DNA of 64,000 nt from an uncultured delta proteobacterium (GTDB taxonomy: Bacteria > Desulfobacterota > Binatia > UBA9968): the NCBI GenBank assembly GCA_963728565.1, contig CAVSLC010000013.1, positions 416,001 through 480,000 of the forward strand, written 5' to 3'. Below, piece after piece: positions 39,879 to 51,100 of the stretch. The notes under the pieces are model-generated. The model was not told the origin of the DNA, made no database searches, and saw nothing but the letters and a program-made list of their open reading frames with translations. Both the position numbers and the translations under genes were made by a program. Within the stretch, counting starts at the first letter, position 1. Each line of letters begins with the position of its first letter.

Positions 39879-41148
39879 ATGGTCGAATCTCTTAGCTCGG
39901 GCGACAACAAAACCTTGGTAGAGACTCACTTTGGACTTCACGACATGCCTTTTGGCGTCGCTCCGGACCCCCGCTTCTTCTTCCGAAACTATCACTATAC
40001 CGAAGCATTAGACGTACTCGCAGACGGCATTAAAGCAAAAAAAGGGCTATTGGTCGTGACCGGTGAAGTTGGAACCGGGAAGACCATCCTGTTGCGCAAA
40101 CTGATGCGCCACCTTGAAGCGACTACGCGGTTTGTCTTTGTTTCCACAAGTCATGCTACCAGCGATAGATTGATCGAATTAATCGTCGAGGATCTGGGTC
40201 TCCCGGCTCAAGGTAAGACGCGGTTCGAGATAGAGCAGGCGCTCAAGGATTATTTGCTGCAGCAGAACAGCGAAGCAAAAAACGTCGCTCTCCTAATCGA
40301 TGAAGCGCAAAAGCTAACTGATGGCGCATTGGAAAGCCTGTGCGATCTTTCGAATTTAGAGACAGAGCAGGAGAAACTGCTGCAAATTGTGCTGGTAGGA
40401 CAACCTGAACTGATCGTCAAATTGCGCAAGCCGGCGCTGCAAAGAATCAAACAAAGAATTGCAGATCCACTACCAAACCCGCGTATTATCGTTCGCCAGT
40501 GAAGTGGAGCATTACATTGGCCATCGCCTGCGCGCGGCCGGCTACGAAGGTCCGGAAATCTTCAATCAAAAAGCGCTCGAGGCCATTTGGTCTTATTCCT
40601 CTGGAACGCCCCGTTTAATCAACACGCTATGCGACAACGCGCTCGCCATGGCATCGAGAGCCGGGCGGAAGAGAGTTTCCGCTTACGTGATTGTCAAAGT
40701 AGCGGCAAAGCTCATGTTGGACCGGCCTGCCGATGGTCGAACAAACGGCGCATCTAATAATGGCGTTGCCGGAGTTTCGGTCCCGGAATTCGGCGCGCAC
40801 ACTTCTCAAGCGACCCAACAAGCCGCTGAATCGCTGGATACGTTCATCAACCGACGGTCGAACCATGTGGCCCCACCTGTAAGCGCTATCAAGGAACGCA
40901 CCGTCGCATCGCAGTTTTTCGACTTCATGGCTCGAGCAGCTACCGAGGGTATGGGACCCATGGCAAAGCTGATCATTGATGATCAAATTGCCGATCTCGG
41001 CGAGTCTCGCGATAGCTTTCCGCAGAGGAAGCTTGACGAGCTTATCGAGCGAGTCAGCCGTGAGATTTTCAACGACACCATGAGAGCTCGTTTTTTGGAT
41101 AAGATGGAGCAGGCGGTCAGCGCGCTTCAAACGATACGAGCTTTTTAG
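39879..41148 (+). CDS. ExeA/GspA-like AAA ATPase with C-terminal helical domain (frameshift at ~40464)
   Basis: HFGL..PF..PDPRFFF, Walker A GEVGTGKT, Walker B LLIDEAQ, VLVGQPEL, SGTPRLINTLCDNAL; C-terminal MGPMAKLIIDD..LGESRDSFP domain. Confidence 0.85.
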
Positions 41149-41185
41149 AGGGCACTCGGTTTTACCTAAAGGAGAAGATGAATTT

Positions 41186-41932
41186 ATGGCTGCAGAATCA
41201 GGTGTCAGTTTGAAATGGAAGATCGGCGGAGTTTATACCGCGGTCATGTTTATCCTGGGACTGCTTTTGATAGCGGCGCTCTATCAGCTAACGAGAACAG
41301 CGATGCGAGAGCAACTCGACAAGCGCGCTCTCGCCATCGCGACCAACTTCAGCGATGCCGCTGCCGGTCATATAGTCAGTAAGAATCTGCTCGCGCTTCA
41401 TGCGTTGGCTGCAAAATACACTCTTTTCGAGGGAGTGGCCTACGTTTACATCAATGATGCGCGCGGCGAAGTCATTGCCCAAACACTGGGTTCTTTTCCG
41501 CAGCAACTGCGCCAAGGAGCTAGCGCCGGAAGCCCACGTGAAGCACAGCGCCGGACTTTGTCGCTACAGGAGAAATCTGTTTATGAGACAAGCGTTCCAG
41601 TTCTGGACGGACAAGCGGGAACTGCCCATGTGGGGTTCTGGAGCGACGCGGTGGACAAGGAAGTACAAAGCTTTATCTGGCCTATGATCGGCGTCATTGC
41701 GCTCGTTCCGATTGTCGGCGCGGCGCTCTCTTTTGTCATCGCCAACTGGATTGTTCGACCGATTATCGGTCTAACTGAAGTCGCCGATAAGGTGACCAAA
41801 GGTGATCTCGAAATGTCGATCGGCAACTGTGTCGTCTCGCGCGACGAAATCGGTGAATTGGCGCGTTCTCTTGAACGGATGCGCTCGAGCCTGAGAGCCG
41901 CGATGCTGCGCTTGAACCGGGAGACCACATGA
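41186..41932 (+). CDS. Membrane sensor: TM, Cache-like domain, TM, HAMP, with no output domain
   Basis: Two TM helices flank ~125 aa; RPIIGLTEVADKVTKGDL..RDEIGELARSLERMR HAMP; stop ~14 aa later; RBS AAGGAG. Confidence 0.85.
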   Translation: MAAESGVSLKWKIGGVYTAVMFILGLLLIAALYQLTRTAMREQLDKRALAIATNFSDAAAGHIVSKNLLALHALAAKYTLFEGVAYVYINDARGEVIAQTLGSFPQQLRQGASAGSPREAQRRTLSLQEKSVYETSVPVLDGQAGTAHVGFWSDAVDKEVQSFIWPMIGVIALVPIVGAALSFVIANWIVRPIIGLTEVADKVTKGDLEMSIGNCVVSRDEIGELARSLERMRSSLRAAMLRLNRETT

Positions 41933-41954
41933 TCTCTCAAACTCCAATGGGAGG

Positions 41955-43295
41955 ATGACTATGCATTACTCGAAGAGATATAGCCCGCTACGATTGCTGA
42001 TTTTACTTATCGTCGCGCTGTTCTTACCTGCTGGCGCTAACAGCGCCGACACGCCGGGGCGACCGCTCGAGAAGCTTACCATCGCGTACAGCTCTGTTTC
42101 CGGCAACATGGCGCCTTTATGGATAACCCACGAGCGCGGCTTCTTTCGCAAGAACGGTCTCGACGTGCAAATCGTCTTCATCGAAAGTGGCAGCACCGCA
42201 GTACAGAGCTTGACTAATAAAGACGTGGCATTCGCGCAGATGGCCGGCGCTGGCGTGCTGCAGAGTCGCCTCAGAGGATCCGACGTGGTCATGATCGCGG
42301 GCTTTCTGAACACTCTCGATTATCAACTGATGGTTGAGAAAAGCATCACCCGACCCGAACAACTCAAAGGCAAAACCATGGCGGTAAGCCGGTTTGGTTC
42401 TTCTTCGGATTTCGCCACCCGTTATGCGCTCGAAAAATTCGGCCTGGTGCCGGAAAAAGATGTTCCGATATTGGAAATTGGATCTCAGCCGGCGCGATTC
42501 GCCGCGCTGGAATCCGGCAAAATCCAAGCGGCGATGATCGCCGTGCCCTTAACCGTCAGAGCCAAAGCCCTCGGCTTCCATGCTCTCGCCGATCTCCAAA
42601 TGCTCGGTCTGGAATATCAACATACCGGCTTGGTGACGACCCAGGCTCTGATCAAATCCCGCCCTGACATTGTTCGTAATGTGATGAAAGCTTACGTGGA
42701 AGGGATCCACTACTATAAAACCAATCGCCCTGAATCGATCGCTATTCTGGCAAAATACTTAAAGACCAATGACTCGGAACTGCTGAACGAAGTCTATACC
42801 GACTTGGGCCTGACGCTCACGCCGCAGAAACCTTATCCAACCCTACGGGGCATCGACATAATGCTGCGCGAACTGGCGGGGAGAGATGCAAAAGCCAAAA
42901 CAGCGCGGCCGGAGGAGTTTGTCGACCTGACGTTCATCAAAGAGCTAGATAGCTCCGGCTATATCGATCGGCTTTATAAAACCCAGCCGGTAATCGCCAA
43001 GCGTCAGGAGTCCCCTGCCGCGGCACCGGCCGCTCCCAGCGCCAAAGCGCCGCTGCAGCCGAAAGCCGCGCCGCCTCCGGCGAAGGTCGCCACGGCAAAG
43101 CCGGCTGCTGCTGCAGATGCTCCCAGTGAGGGTTCGCAAGAATACACCGTTGTTCCCGGAGACACTCTCAGCCACCTGGCACAGCGTTTTTATGGAGATC
43201 ATTACAGGTGGAACAAAATCTTTGAGGCGAACAAGGCGACGATGAAGAATCCCAATTTTTTGTTCATCGGGCAAAAGATATTCATCCCCTCATGA
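41955..43295 (+). CDS. NitT/TauT-type substrate-binding protein fused to C-terminal LysM
   Basis: Signal peptide, SBP motifs (GFFRKNGLDV, LKGKTMAVSRFGSSSD), Pro/Ala linker, YTVVPGDTLSHLAQRFYG..WNKIFEAN..IGQKIFIP LysM. Confidence 0.9.
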   Translation: MTMHYSKRYSPLRLLILLIVALFLPAGANSADTPGRPLEKLTIAYSSVSGNMAPLWITHERGFFRKNGLDVQIVFIESGSTAVQSLTNKDVAFAQMAGAGVLQSRLRGSDVVMIAGFLNTLDYQLMVEKSITRPEQLKGKTMAVSRFGSSSDFATRYALEKFGLVPEKDVPILEIGSQPARFAALESGKIQAAMIAVPLTVRAKALGFHALADLQMLGLEYQHTGLVTTQALIKSRPDIVRNVMKAYVEGIHYYKTNRPESIAILAKYLKTNDSELLNEVYTDLGLTLTPQKPYPTLRGIDIMLRELAGRDAKAKTARPEEFVDLTFIKELDSSGYIDRLYKTQPVIAKRQESPAAAPAAPSAKAPLQPKAAPPPAKVATAKPAAAADAPSEGSQEYTVVPGDTLSHLAQRFYGDHYRWNKIFEANKATMKNPNFLFIGQKIFIPS

Positions 43296-43432
43296 TTTGA
43301 AGTGACTTTTGCCAGTACAGCATGACGTTTTGAGACTTGCGGCGGAGTAAGTTTAGTTGAGCGCTGTGATAGTTCTGCCTATCTTCCCAAACGACAACAG
43401 GCGCCGCGGTTCGAAGACGGAGGAGTGAAGCG

Positions 43433-43825
43433 ATGGCTCAGATCAAGCATATTGCTATACGGACTCGCGATGTCGATCAAACCGCTGCTTTTTACAAGGA
43501 TGCGTTCGGTCTTACTCAGGTGGGGATGGGGAAAAATGGCGTCTATCTAACCGATGGCCATCTTAATATCGCAATCCTCAAATACCAGCAGGGCAAAGAT
43601 GGCGAACCTTTGAGATTGGGCGTCGATCATGTTGGTTTCCAAGTCGAAGATCTTGATACCGCTCTAGCCCAGGTCGAATCGTTGCATGGAAAGGCGTTGA
43701 CTGAACCGGTCGAAGTTAGCCCGAAAGATGCCGCAGAGCGGCAGTCCTATTACGAAATCAAATGCGTCGGTCCGGACGAACAGGTAATCGACATCTCCAC
43801 CGTCGGCTGGGTAGGCGCCAGATAG
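43433..43825 (+). CDS. VOC/glyoxalase-family protein
   Basis: IKHIAI, FYKDAFGL, LTDGHLN, VDHVGFQVED, GPDEQVIDIS. Confidence 0.85.
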   Translation: MAQIKHIAIRTRDVDQTAAFYKDAFGLTQVGMGKNGVYLTDGHLNIAILKYQQGKDGEPLRLGVDHVGFQVEDLDTALAQVESLHGKALTEPVEVSPKDAAERQSYYEIKCVGPDEQVIDISTVGWVGAR

Positions 43826-44080
43826 CAGAAAATGTTTGCCGAGGCGCCCGGCGCCCACCGCTTTCCCGATTGGTCGGAAAACACCTCAAAGCGCGATCAA
43901 GTTACCAGCTCGAAAAATCGACTTTGCCTCACGACACAATTTGCTGAGCAGTTGACACCCTACCAGGCCCAGGAGCTAAAGGGAGGCTGCAGATAATTCA
44001 CCCGCCGTGAATTTTTCTGCGGCAGCATGGCGCATCAACCGCCGTGAAAGCCGAACTCAGAGTCACAAACAAGCGGGAGT

Positions 44081-45421
44081 CTAGCGGATATACCGCGCGC
44101 GCGGCAATGCCAGATGAATCGCCAGCATGGCCAAGGCCCCGGCGGTTCCCATGAGCGCAACGGCGGCGCGGGTTCCTGACAGGGTCGCCAAGGCGCCGAT
44201 CAGCATGCTTCCTAAAGTCATGACAACGTTGCTCATGTGGAAGACAGACATTGTTCGACCGCGAAATTCAGACGGAGAGTAGCTTTGAATCACGGTTTGA
44301 ACCAGCGCATGAGAACAAACATTGGCAAACCCAACAACAACCATGAGCGTCATTGAAAGCTGAAACCATGGAGAGGCCGCAAATGCCACGACGCTGAGAC
44401 CGTACAAGGCAACGCCGCCGAGCATGAACAGCCCCCTGGGCATGCGGTCGCCGAAGGATGCTATGAGCACCGCGGTCGCCAACGCGCCCACGCCCATTGC
44501 CGTGAGAAGCAGCCCTTGGCCGTGGGCGCCGACGCCGAGAATATCCCGCGCAAACACCGGCAAAAGAGTTGTAAACGGCACGATGAACAGAGACGCAAAC
44601 ATCACCACGAGCAAAGCAGTGCGGACGGCTTCATTATGCCAGCTGAATCTCCAGCCTTCGATGATACTGCGAGCGAAAGAGCCGTGCAGTCCGGCGTGGC
44701 CGCCAGCGCTTGGCGAAGACGGCTGCGTCGGACGAAGTTGAATCGTCCAGATCGTGGCGAGAAGGTAACACACCGCTTGAGTGGCAAACGAGCCGCCAGT
44801 TCCGAAAGCCGCAATCAGCACGCCAGCCAAGGCTGGGCCTGTGCTGCGCGCGACATTGAAGATGATCGAATTGAGACCTATGGCATTGGTCAGGTGAGTG
44901 GAAGGAATCGTATCGGCAATCATCGCTGCGCGCGCCGGCTGCTGAAACGCCTGAACGACGGCCATGCCGAAAGCGGTCACGTAAACATGCCACGGTTCAA
45001 CCCGACCGGTGAAAATCAGCCCAGCCAGAGCCGCAAGCATCAAACCATCGGCCACTTGGGCGATCATGATTTGCATCTTGCGCGAGTAACGATCAGCTGC
45101 GCTCCCAGCCACTGGAGACAGAAGCAGCGTGGGAATTGCCTGAACTCCACGGATTAAGCCGAGCTGCAGCGCCGAGTCGGTCAGTTCATAAATCAGCCAC
45201 CCGCGTGAGACCTGATCCATCCAGAAAGCGACCGAGCTAAAAGAGTGGCCGAGCCAAAGCAGCCGGAAATCACGATACGCGAGCGCCTCGACGGCGCGGA
45301 TTTTGGAGAACTTATGCCGAATACCTGGCGGCGCAGTTTCATGGGGATGGGCAATCTCGCCTGCTACAGCAGTGTCGCCGCCATCTTCTGTAGTCGGTGG
45401 ACTCAGGGTAAACTCCGGCAA
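44081..45421 (-). CDS. MFS transporter (DHA3/EntS-like)
   Basis: RDFRLLWLG, GSAADRYSRK, FQQPARAA, FRGRTMS; start uncertain. Confidence 0.88.
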   Translation of the reverse strand: MPEFTLSPPTTEDGGDTAVAGEIAHPHETAPPGIRHKFSKIRAVEALAYRDFRLLWLGHSFSSVAFWMDQVSRGWLIYELTDSALQLGLIRGVQAIPTLLLSPVAGSAADRYSRKMQIMIAQVADGLMLAALAGLIFTGRVEPWHVYVTAFGMAVVQAFQQPARAAMIADTIPSTHLTNAIGLNSIIFNVARSTGPALAGVLIAAFGTGGSFATQAVCYLLATIWTIQLRPTQPSSPSAGGHAGLHGSFARSIIEGWRFSWHNEAVRTALLVVMFASLFIVPFTTLLPVFARDILGVGAHGQGLLLTAMGVGALATAVLIASFGDRMPRGLFMLGGVALYGLSVVAFAASPWFQLSMTLMVVVGFANVCSHALVQTVIQSYSPSEFRGRTMSVFHMSNVVMTLGSMLIGALATLSGTRAAVALMGTAGALAMLAIHLALPRARYIR

Positions 45422-45656
45422 CGACCTTTCAAGTTCAACGGCTCAAGAGTTCAAGGTTCAATCAGCCGGTAATGCGAAGTGTCCAGCAACACAATTAGCA
45501 GATTCAAACTCCGAAAACATCGACGTCGAACTGTTGAGCTTCTGCCAACCGGCGCAATCAATTATTCGGCTCGTTGAGAGGATCAAATACTTTGCCGATC
45601 GCAAACCTTATTGGTCGTCCAGTCGGTGCCAAACGTTCAAGGTTTGAACCGGCTTG

Positions 45657-46226
45657 CTAATCGGATCGCTGCGCCGATTCGACGCCGACTTTCCACAGGT
45701 AGAGGGTGTGATGTCTTTCAATGCCGGGGTCTTTGGTCGGTTCCAGTTGTAAAACCGTTGTCGGTTTCCAATCATCGATGTCGTAATCATGAGCGACGAT
45801 GCGCGATCCCGGTTTTAACTTCTGCAGCTTAGGTTTGATCGCATTGTTGAACCATTTGAACATGTACAGAGTCACTACGGTGGCTTTGGAAATATCGGTC
45901 TGAGTACCGTCCTCGGCACGAAACTCAACTAGGTGGCTCACTCCTTCCTCCTTGGCCTTTTGTCTCGCCTCGGCCACCCGTTGCGGGTCTAGATCGATGC
46001 CGACGCCGCGTGTACCGTATTTCTTAGCCGCCTGGATCAAAATACGGCCATCGCCGCTGCCGAGATCATAAAGAAAATCGTCTTTCCGGACCTCCGCCAG
46101 CTCAAGCATTTTCTCGACGACCGGCATGGTGCTCGGGACAAAAGGGATCGGGTCCTGGGACCATGCCAGCGAAATGCTCAAAACCAACAACAGCGCTGAA
46201 AGTGAGCCGATGATACGAACCTTCAT
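45657..46226 (-). CDS. Class I SAM-dependent methyltransferase with signal peptide
   Basis: PFVPS..VVEKML, YDLGSGDGRI, GVGIDLD, ATVVTLY, LKPGSRIVAHD; N-terminal LLLVLSISLAWS. Confidence 0.85.
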   Translation of the reverse strand: MKVRIIGSLSALLLVLSISLAWSQDPIPFVPSTMPVVEKMLELAEVRKDDFLYDLGSGDGRILIQAAKKYGTRGVGIDLDPQRVAEARQKAKEEGVSHLVEFRAEDGTQTDISKATVVTLYMFKWFNNAIKPKLQKLKPGSRIVAHDYDIDDWKPTTVLQLEPTKDPGIERHHTLYLWKVGVESAQRSD

Positions 46227-46429
46227 GGGGGTTTACCTCGCAATTTAGAATGAATTTAAATCTGCATATCGCCCCAAACTATGGGGGATGGCTTCTAAAT
46301 GCAACTACTCTGCCCCTGCTTCAGCGCTGGCATCAATCGATGGAATAAATATGACGCGGCTTGGCCTTGACAACACCGATGATGCTTGTTTGGTTTAGCA
46401 CAGAGCAACTTCTTTGATGAGGCATCGTT

Positions 46430-46747
46430 ATGAACATTCCGGCTGTTTGGACACATCTCAGTGTCAATCTCTTGCTGCAGGCGTTTGACGGAATTCTAAC
46501 CTATCGGGTTTTGTTGCTTGGCATACCCGAGGCGAACCCTCTTGTGAGCGCCTCCATCTATCACTGGGGCGAATTCTGGGGCTTACTTTTATGGAAGGCG
46601 CTTGCGTGCGTTTTGCTGTTGTTCATTTTTAGATTTCGGCACCAGCGCCAGAACCTCACGATTCAGGCCTACAGAATAACCGGCGGGGTGTATGGCTGGT
46701 TCGGTGTTTTGTCGTTATGTGAGTTGCTGATAGATCTCGACGCCTGA
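46430..46747 (+). CDS. Small membrane protein (DUF5658-like)
   Basis: LLQAFDGILTY..GIPEANPL..K pattern; 3 hydrophobic segments. Confidence 0.65.
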   Translation: MNIPAVWTHLSVNLLLQAFDGILTYRVLLLGIPEANPLVSASIYHWGEFWGLLLWKALACVLLLFIFRFRHQRQNLTIQAYRITGGVYGWFGVLSLCELLIDLDA

Positions 46748-46866
46748 TTGGATTGGCAGCTTAGCGGTCGTTGAAACTTCCGGGCTCCACGGGAGGGGCG
46801 TGACTGAGAGTAATCCCTACCCCTCCCTTGCTCAATTTCCGAATTGCAAGCGTCGGCCGTTTTACA

Positions 46867-47883
46867 CTATCGGGCGCCGGCACGTTTTGCGCGCAAGAAG
46901 GCAGCCACGGCTAAACCCGCTCCCACCAGCGCTGACCCGGTCAGTACAGGGTGTAACGAAGCCCGGGTATAAAGACTGCTCTCAGCCACGTGTCCGACAT
47001 AGCCGCCCCGTTCCTTAAGCTCGCCCGAGGAGCGGTACAATCCGTTTTCTTGGCTCGCGCCGGCGGGCCGATTGCTTTGCTGTTGCTTGATCATGGTTCT
47101 TTCCATGATTTTGTCGGCCATGCGCGGAGCGAAGCGGCCCAATAGAGAGATGCCTTTACCGCCGGCGCCGACGAACACGTCGCGTTCGGGAGTCTCGGCG
47201 CAGTGCAGAATGGCGCGGGCCACCGTCTCAGGGGCATACAGCGGCGGCGGATTTTTAGGCTCCACCGGCATATAGTTTTTCGCATGCTCGGTATAGGGCG
47301 TATCGATAGCGCCCGGCTTTACCAAGCTTACGGAGATTGGCGCGCCTTGGCTTTCAAGCTCCATGCGCAACGCATCGGTAAACCCTTTAACCGCATGCTT
47401 CGAGGCGCTGTAAATTCCCTGCATCGGGATCGCCCGGTCCGATAAGGTGCTGCCGATGTTGATGATCGCTCCGCCGCGCTCTTTCAAGTGTCGCGCGGCT
47501 TCCAATGAGCCGTAGACCAGCCCCCAGAAATTGGTTTCGAAAACACGCCGCATATCTTCGATGGAAACTTCCGACAGCTTGCCGTAGATCGAAACGCCGG
47601 CGTTGTTAACCCACGTGTCGAACCCGCCAAATTGTTCCTGAGCTGCTTGCGCCAGCCGCCGGACATCTTCCGCATCGCCGACATCGGCTCGGACCGCTAT
47701 GGCTTGGCCGCCATTGGCCTTGATCTCTTCCGTCAACTCTCGTAACTCCTCTTCGCTGCGTGCCGACAGAACCAGGCGCGCGCCGTGTTTGGCGGCCATG
47801 CGCGCTGTTACCAAACCAATCCCGGAGGACGCGCCGGTAATCACCATGATCTGCTCATTCAGTTTTCTAAGTGAGACTGCCAT
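46867..47883 (-). CDS. SDR-family oxidoreductase
   Basis: TGASSGIG, NNAG, YSASK; C-terminal hydrophobic tail. Confidence 0.92.
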   Translation of the reverse strand: MAVSLRKLNEQIMVITGASSGIGLVTARMAAKHGARLVLSARSEEELRELTEEIKANGGQAIAVRADVGDAEDVRRLAQAAQEQFGGFDTWVNNAGVSIYGKLSEVSIEDMRRVFETNFWGLVYGSLEAARHLKERGGAIINIGSTLSDRAIPMQGIYSASKHAVKGFTDALRMELESQGAPISVSLVKPGAIDTPYTEHAKNYMPVEPKNPPPLYAPETVARAILHCAETPERDVFVGAGGKGISLLGRFAPRMADKIMERTMIKQQQSNRPAGASQENGLYRSSGELKERGGYVGHVAESSLYTRASLHPVLTGSALVGAGLAVAAFLRAKRAGAR

Positions 47884-47954
47884 GTTTTCCTCCGTTCGTC
47901 TGATCGATCGCCGCTCCGAGACAACAGCGCAACCACTCCTAATAGGAACGGGTG

Positions 47955-47970
47955 TTCAAACGCTGTGCCA
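47955..47970 (-). promoter_or_regulatory. Possible sigma54 -24/-12 promoter for the SDR gene
   Basis: Minus strand TGGCAC-AGCGT-TTGAA, one mismatch to TGGCAC-N5-TTGCA, ~70 bp upstream of the ATG. Confidence 0.4.
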
Positions 47971-48131
47971 GGAAGAAAACGTTGCAGCCGCTGGATTCCG
48001 GCTTTGTCTCAGGTTTGGTTTTGTCGCACACGCAAAAAGCGTGTCGCTTGTGTGCAACGGACGGCAACTGAACTGATGAACTGGGTTGGCGCGGACGCAA
48101 GCTAAAGTGGCAGACGAGGTGTTTAGAAGAG

Positions 48132-51100
48132 TCAGCGGATCGGCGGCCGCTGCGATTTCCAGCTGCCGATAAATCGGCGGCGCAAGTTGAAGAGCCGGCC
48201 GTGAGCCGTTGCGCGCTTCGAAAACAACAATCCGGCGGCGTCTTCAAACATCGAGTAAGCCACGGGTGTCACCAGTAAGGTTAAGAGCAGGCAGAGCGAC
48301 TGTCCGCCGATGACCACGACCGCCACAGCACGGCGCTCCTCGGCGCCCGGGCCCGACCCTAGCGCCAGCGGCAACATGCCCGCCACCAGTGCCAGTGTGG
48401 TCATCAGGATCGGCCGCAACCGGTCGCGGTTGGCGCGCAAGATGGCGGGCAACCGCTCCGTTCCCTCCTCGCGCAGCCGATTCATGTGGTCGATTTGCAG
48501 GATCGCATTCTTCTTGACCACGCCAAAGAGCACCAGTATGCCAAGCGCGGAGTAGAGATTGAGGGTATTACCGGTCAGCCACAATGAGAGTAACGCAAAC
48601 GGCACGGACAGCGGCAGTGACAAAAGGATTGTCAGCGGATGAATCGTGCTTTCATACTGCGATGCCAGAATCATGTACATGAAAATGAATGACAACAAGA
48701 AAGCCCATAAAAACTGGTTGAAGGTGCGTTGCAACTCGCGGCCGCGACCCGATACGCTAGTGGTGTATTCGGCGGGCAGATTCATCTCCCGTACGGCTCC
48801 ATTCAGCGCCTCGATGCGATCGGCAAGTGCATAACCGGGAGCGATCCCGGCGCGCAGACTTACCTGTCGCTGGCGGTCCAGGCGGTCGATACGCGACGCG
48901 CTCTGAGCCGGCTCCACCTGCACGAGATTGTCGAGCCGCACCAGCCCGGCGCCGGCGCGCGGAACATAGAGGCGGGAAATCACTCCGATGTCTTCGCGAT
49001 CGTGCAGCGATAAGCGCAATTGCACATCATATTCTTCATTGACCGCCGGATCGATGAACCGCGATACTTCCTCGTCGCCGCCAACCATCAAGCGCAGCGC
49101 CGACGCGATATGCTCGGTATCGACGTTGAGATCCGCGGCGCGTTTGCGGTCGATCACCACCCGGAGTTCGGGGTTGTCGAGCTTAAGCGTGGTATCGGCG
49201 TCGATGATACCCAAATCCTTGGAGCGGATACGCAAACGCTCGGCATAATCGGCCAGCGCCTTGAGATCCGGGCCGCGCAAGACGAAGTCGATCTCCCAAT
49301 TACCGCCGCCGATGTTAAACGACGGCAGATTGCGCACGGAGGTGCGTAGATCGGAGAATCTGCTCAAACGGGCGCGAATCTGCTGCATGATGTCGCGCTG
49401 CGAAACGTTGCTGAACGCCGCCCAGGGTCTGCCATTGAGCGTCTCGCGCCAGAGCCGGCCAGACGAGAAAATCCTCTCCTCGTGCGGCGCGATGCGCACG
49501 TAGCATCCGCCCGAACCGACGCCGCTGATGAAACCGCCGCCGGCATCGCAAAGCATCAGGCGGACTGACGGAACCGCCCGCAGCTCGGTTTCGACGGCGC
49601 GCATGATCTCATCCATTGCCGCCAGACTGGTCCCTTGAGGGGCGGTTATGTTGACATCGAACTCGGCTTCGTCCACGTCACCGGGGATGTACTCCTGCCG
49701 GACCATCGTATAGAGCGGAACGGAAGAGAGCACGACCAACCCGGCAAATAGCATCACCGCAACGCGGTGCGCCAAAGACCACTGGAGCATTCTTTCGTAG
49801 TGGCGATCGATCCAGCCGTAAAAACCGCGCCGCGACCGCGGGTGATTGCCCTCCCCTTCCTTGTTCGCGTGTTGAGTATCGCTGATCATGCGCGCGCTCA
49901 TCATCGGCGTGAGCGTAAAAGAGACCAGCAAACTGACCAGGACCGCCACTGAGGCGGTCAGACCGAATTGATAGAGAAATCGTCCCGAGATGCTCGACAT
50001 GAATGAGACCGGAACGAAAATTATCACCAGGCTGAAGGTCGTCGCCATGACCGCCAGACCGATTTCAGCAGTGGCGGCGCGCGCCGCCTCGAAAGGCTTC
50101 ATCTTCTTTTCCTCGACGAAACGGAAGATGTTTTCGAGCACGACGATGGCATCGTCGATGACAATGCCGACCATCAGCACCAGCGCCAGCATGGTGACGC
50201 TGTTGAGGGTAAAGTCGAGCGCCCACATCATGCCGAAGGCTGAAATGACCGAGCTCGGAATTGCCACGGAGGCAATGATCGTGGAACGCCAACTGCGCAT
50301 GAAAGCCAGCACTACCAGACAGGCAAATAGGCTGCCCAAGATCAGATGGAAAGTGATCTCGTGCAGAGCGGCATAAATGTAACGGGACTGGTCGCGGATA
50401 ATTTCAGTCCTGACATCGCCCGGAAGTTGCCGGCTGACCCGGGCCAGATTTTCCTTCACCGACTCGATCACGGCAATGGTGTTGGCGCCCGACTGCCGCC
50501 TTACCTGGAGCTGTACCGTCGGTACGCCGTTGAGCCGCGCTAGCGATCGCTGTTCCTTGGTGCCGTCTTCCGCCGCACCGATGTCGCGGATGCGAATCGG
50601 GACGCCGTTCACCGTCGAGACCACCAGATCATTGAAAGCCTCCGGAACAACAATCCGCCCCATCGTGCGAAGCACCTGTTCGCGCGCTCCGGCGGTCACA
50701 TTACCGCCCGGTATGTCGGCGTTCTGCCGCTGGATCGCGTCCCTGACCGCGGTGATGGGTATTTGATACGCGGCTAAACGGTCGGCATCTACCCAAATGT
50801 TGATGGCACGTTCCAAGCCGCCGACGATACGAACCTCCCCTACACCCGCAGAGCGCTCGATCTGCACCTTGACGATTTTATCGGCGATCTCGGTCAACTC
50901 GCGCAACGATCGGTCGCCTGAAAGAGCGAGGGTAAGAATCGGCGAATCTTCGTTGTTGAATTTTGAAATGACGGGAGGATCGACTTCGCGCGGCAAACGG
51001 TTGAGCACCGTGGCCACCCGGTCACGGACATCCTGAGCCGCGACATCGATGTCGCGGTCCAAATTGAACGTGGCGATCACGAACGAGGTTCCCCGCCCGG

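Noticed and set aside
39879-41148. Type II secretion system locus
   Set aside because: Only an ExeA-like ATPase is present; no secretin, pseudopilin, GspE or GspF genes are nearby.
43986-44023. Hairpin GCTGCAGATAATTCAC/GTGAATTTTTCTGCGGC as an ncRNA
   Set aside because: It lies between convergent genes and is adequately explained as a terminator-like hairpin.
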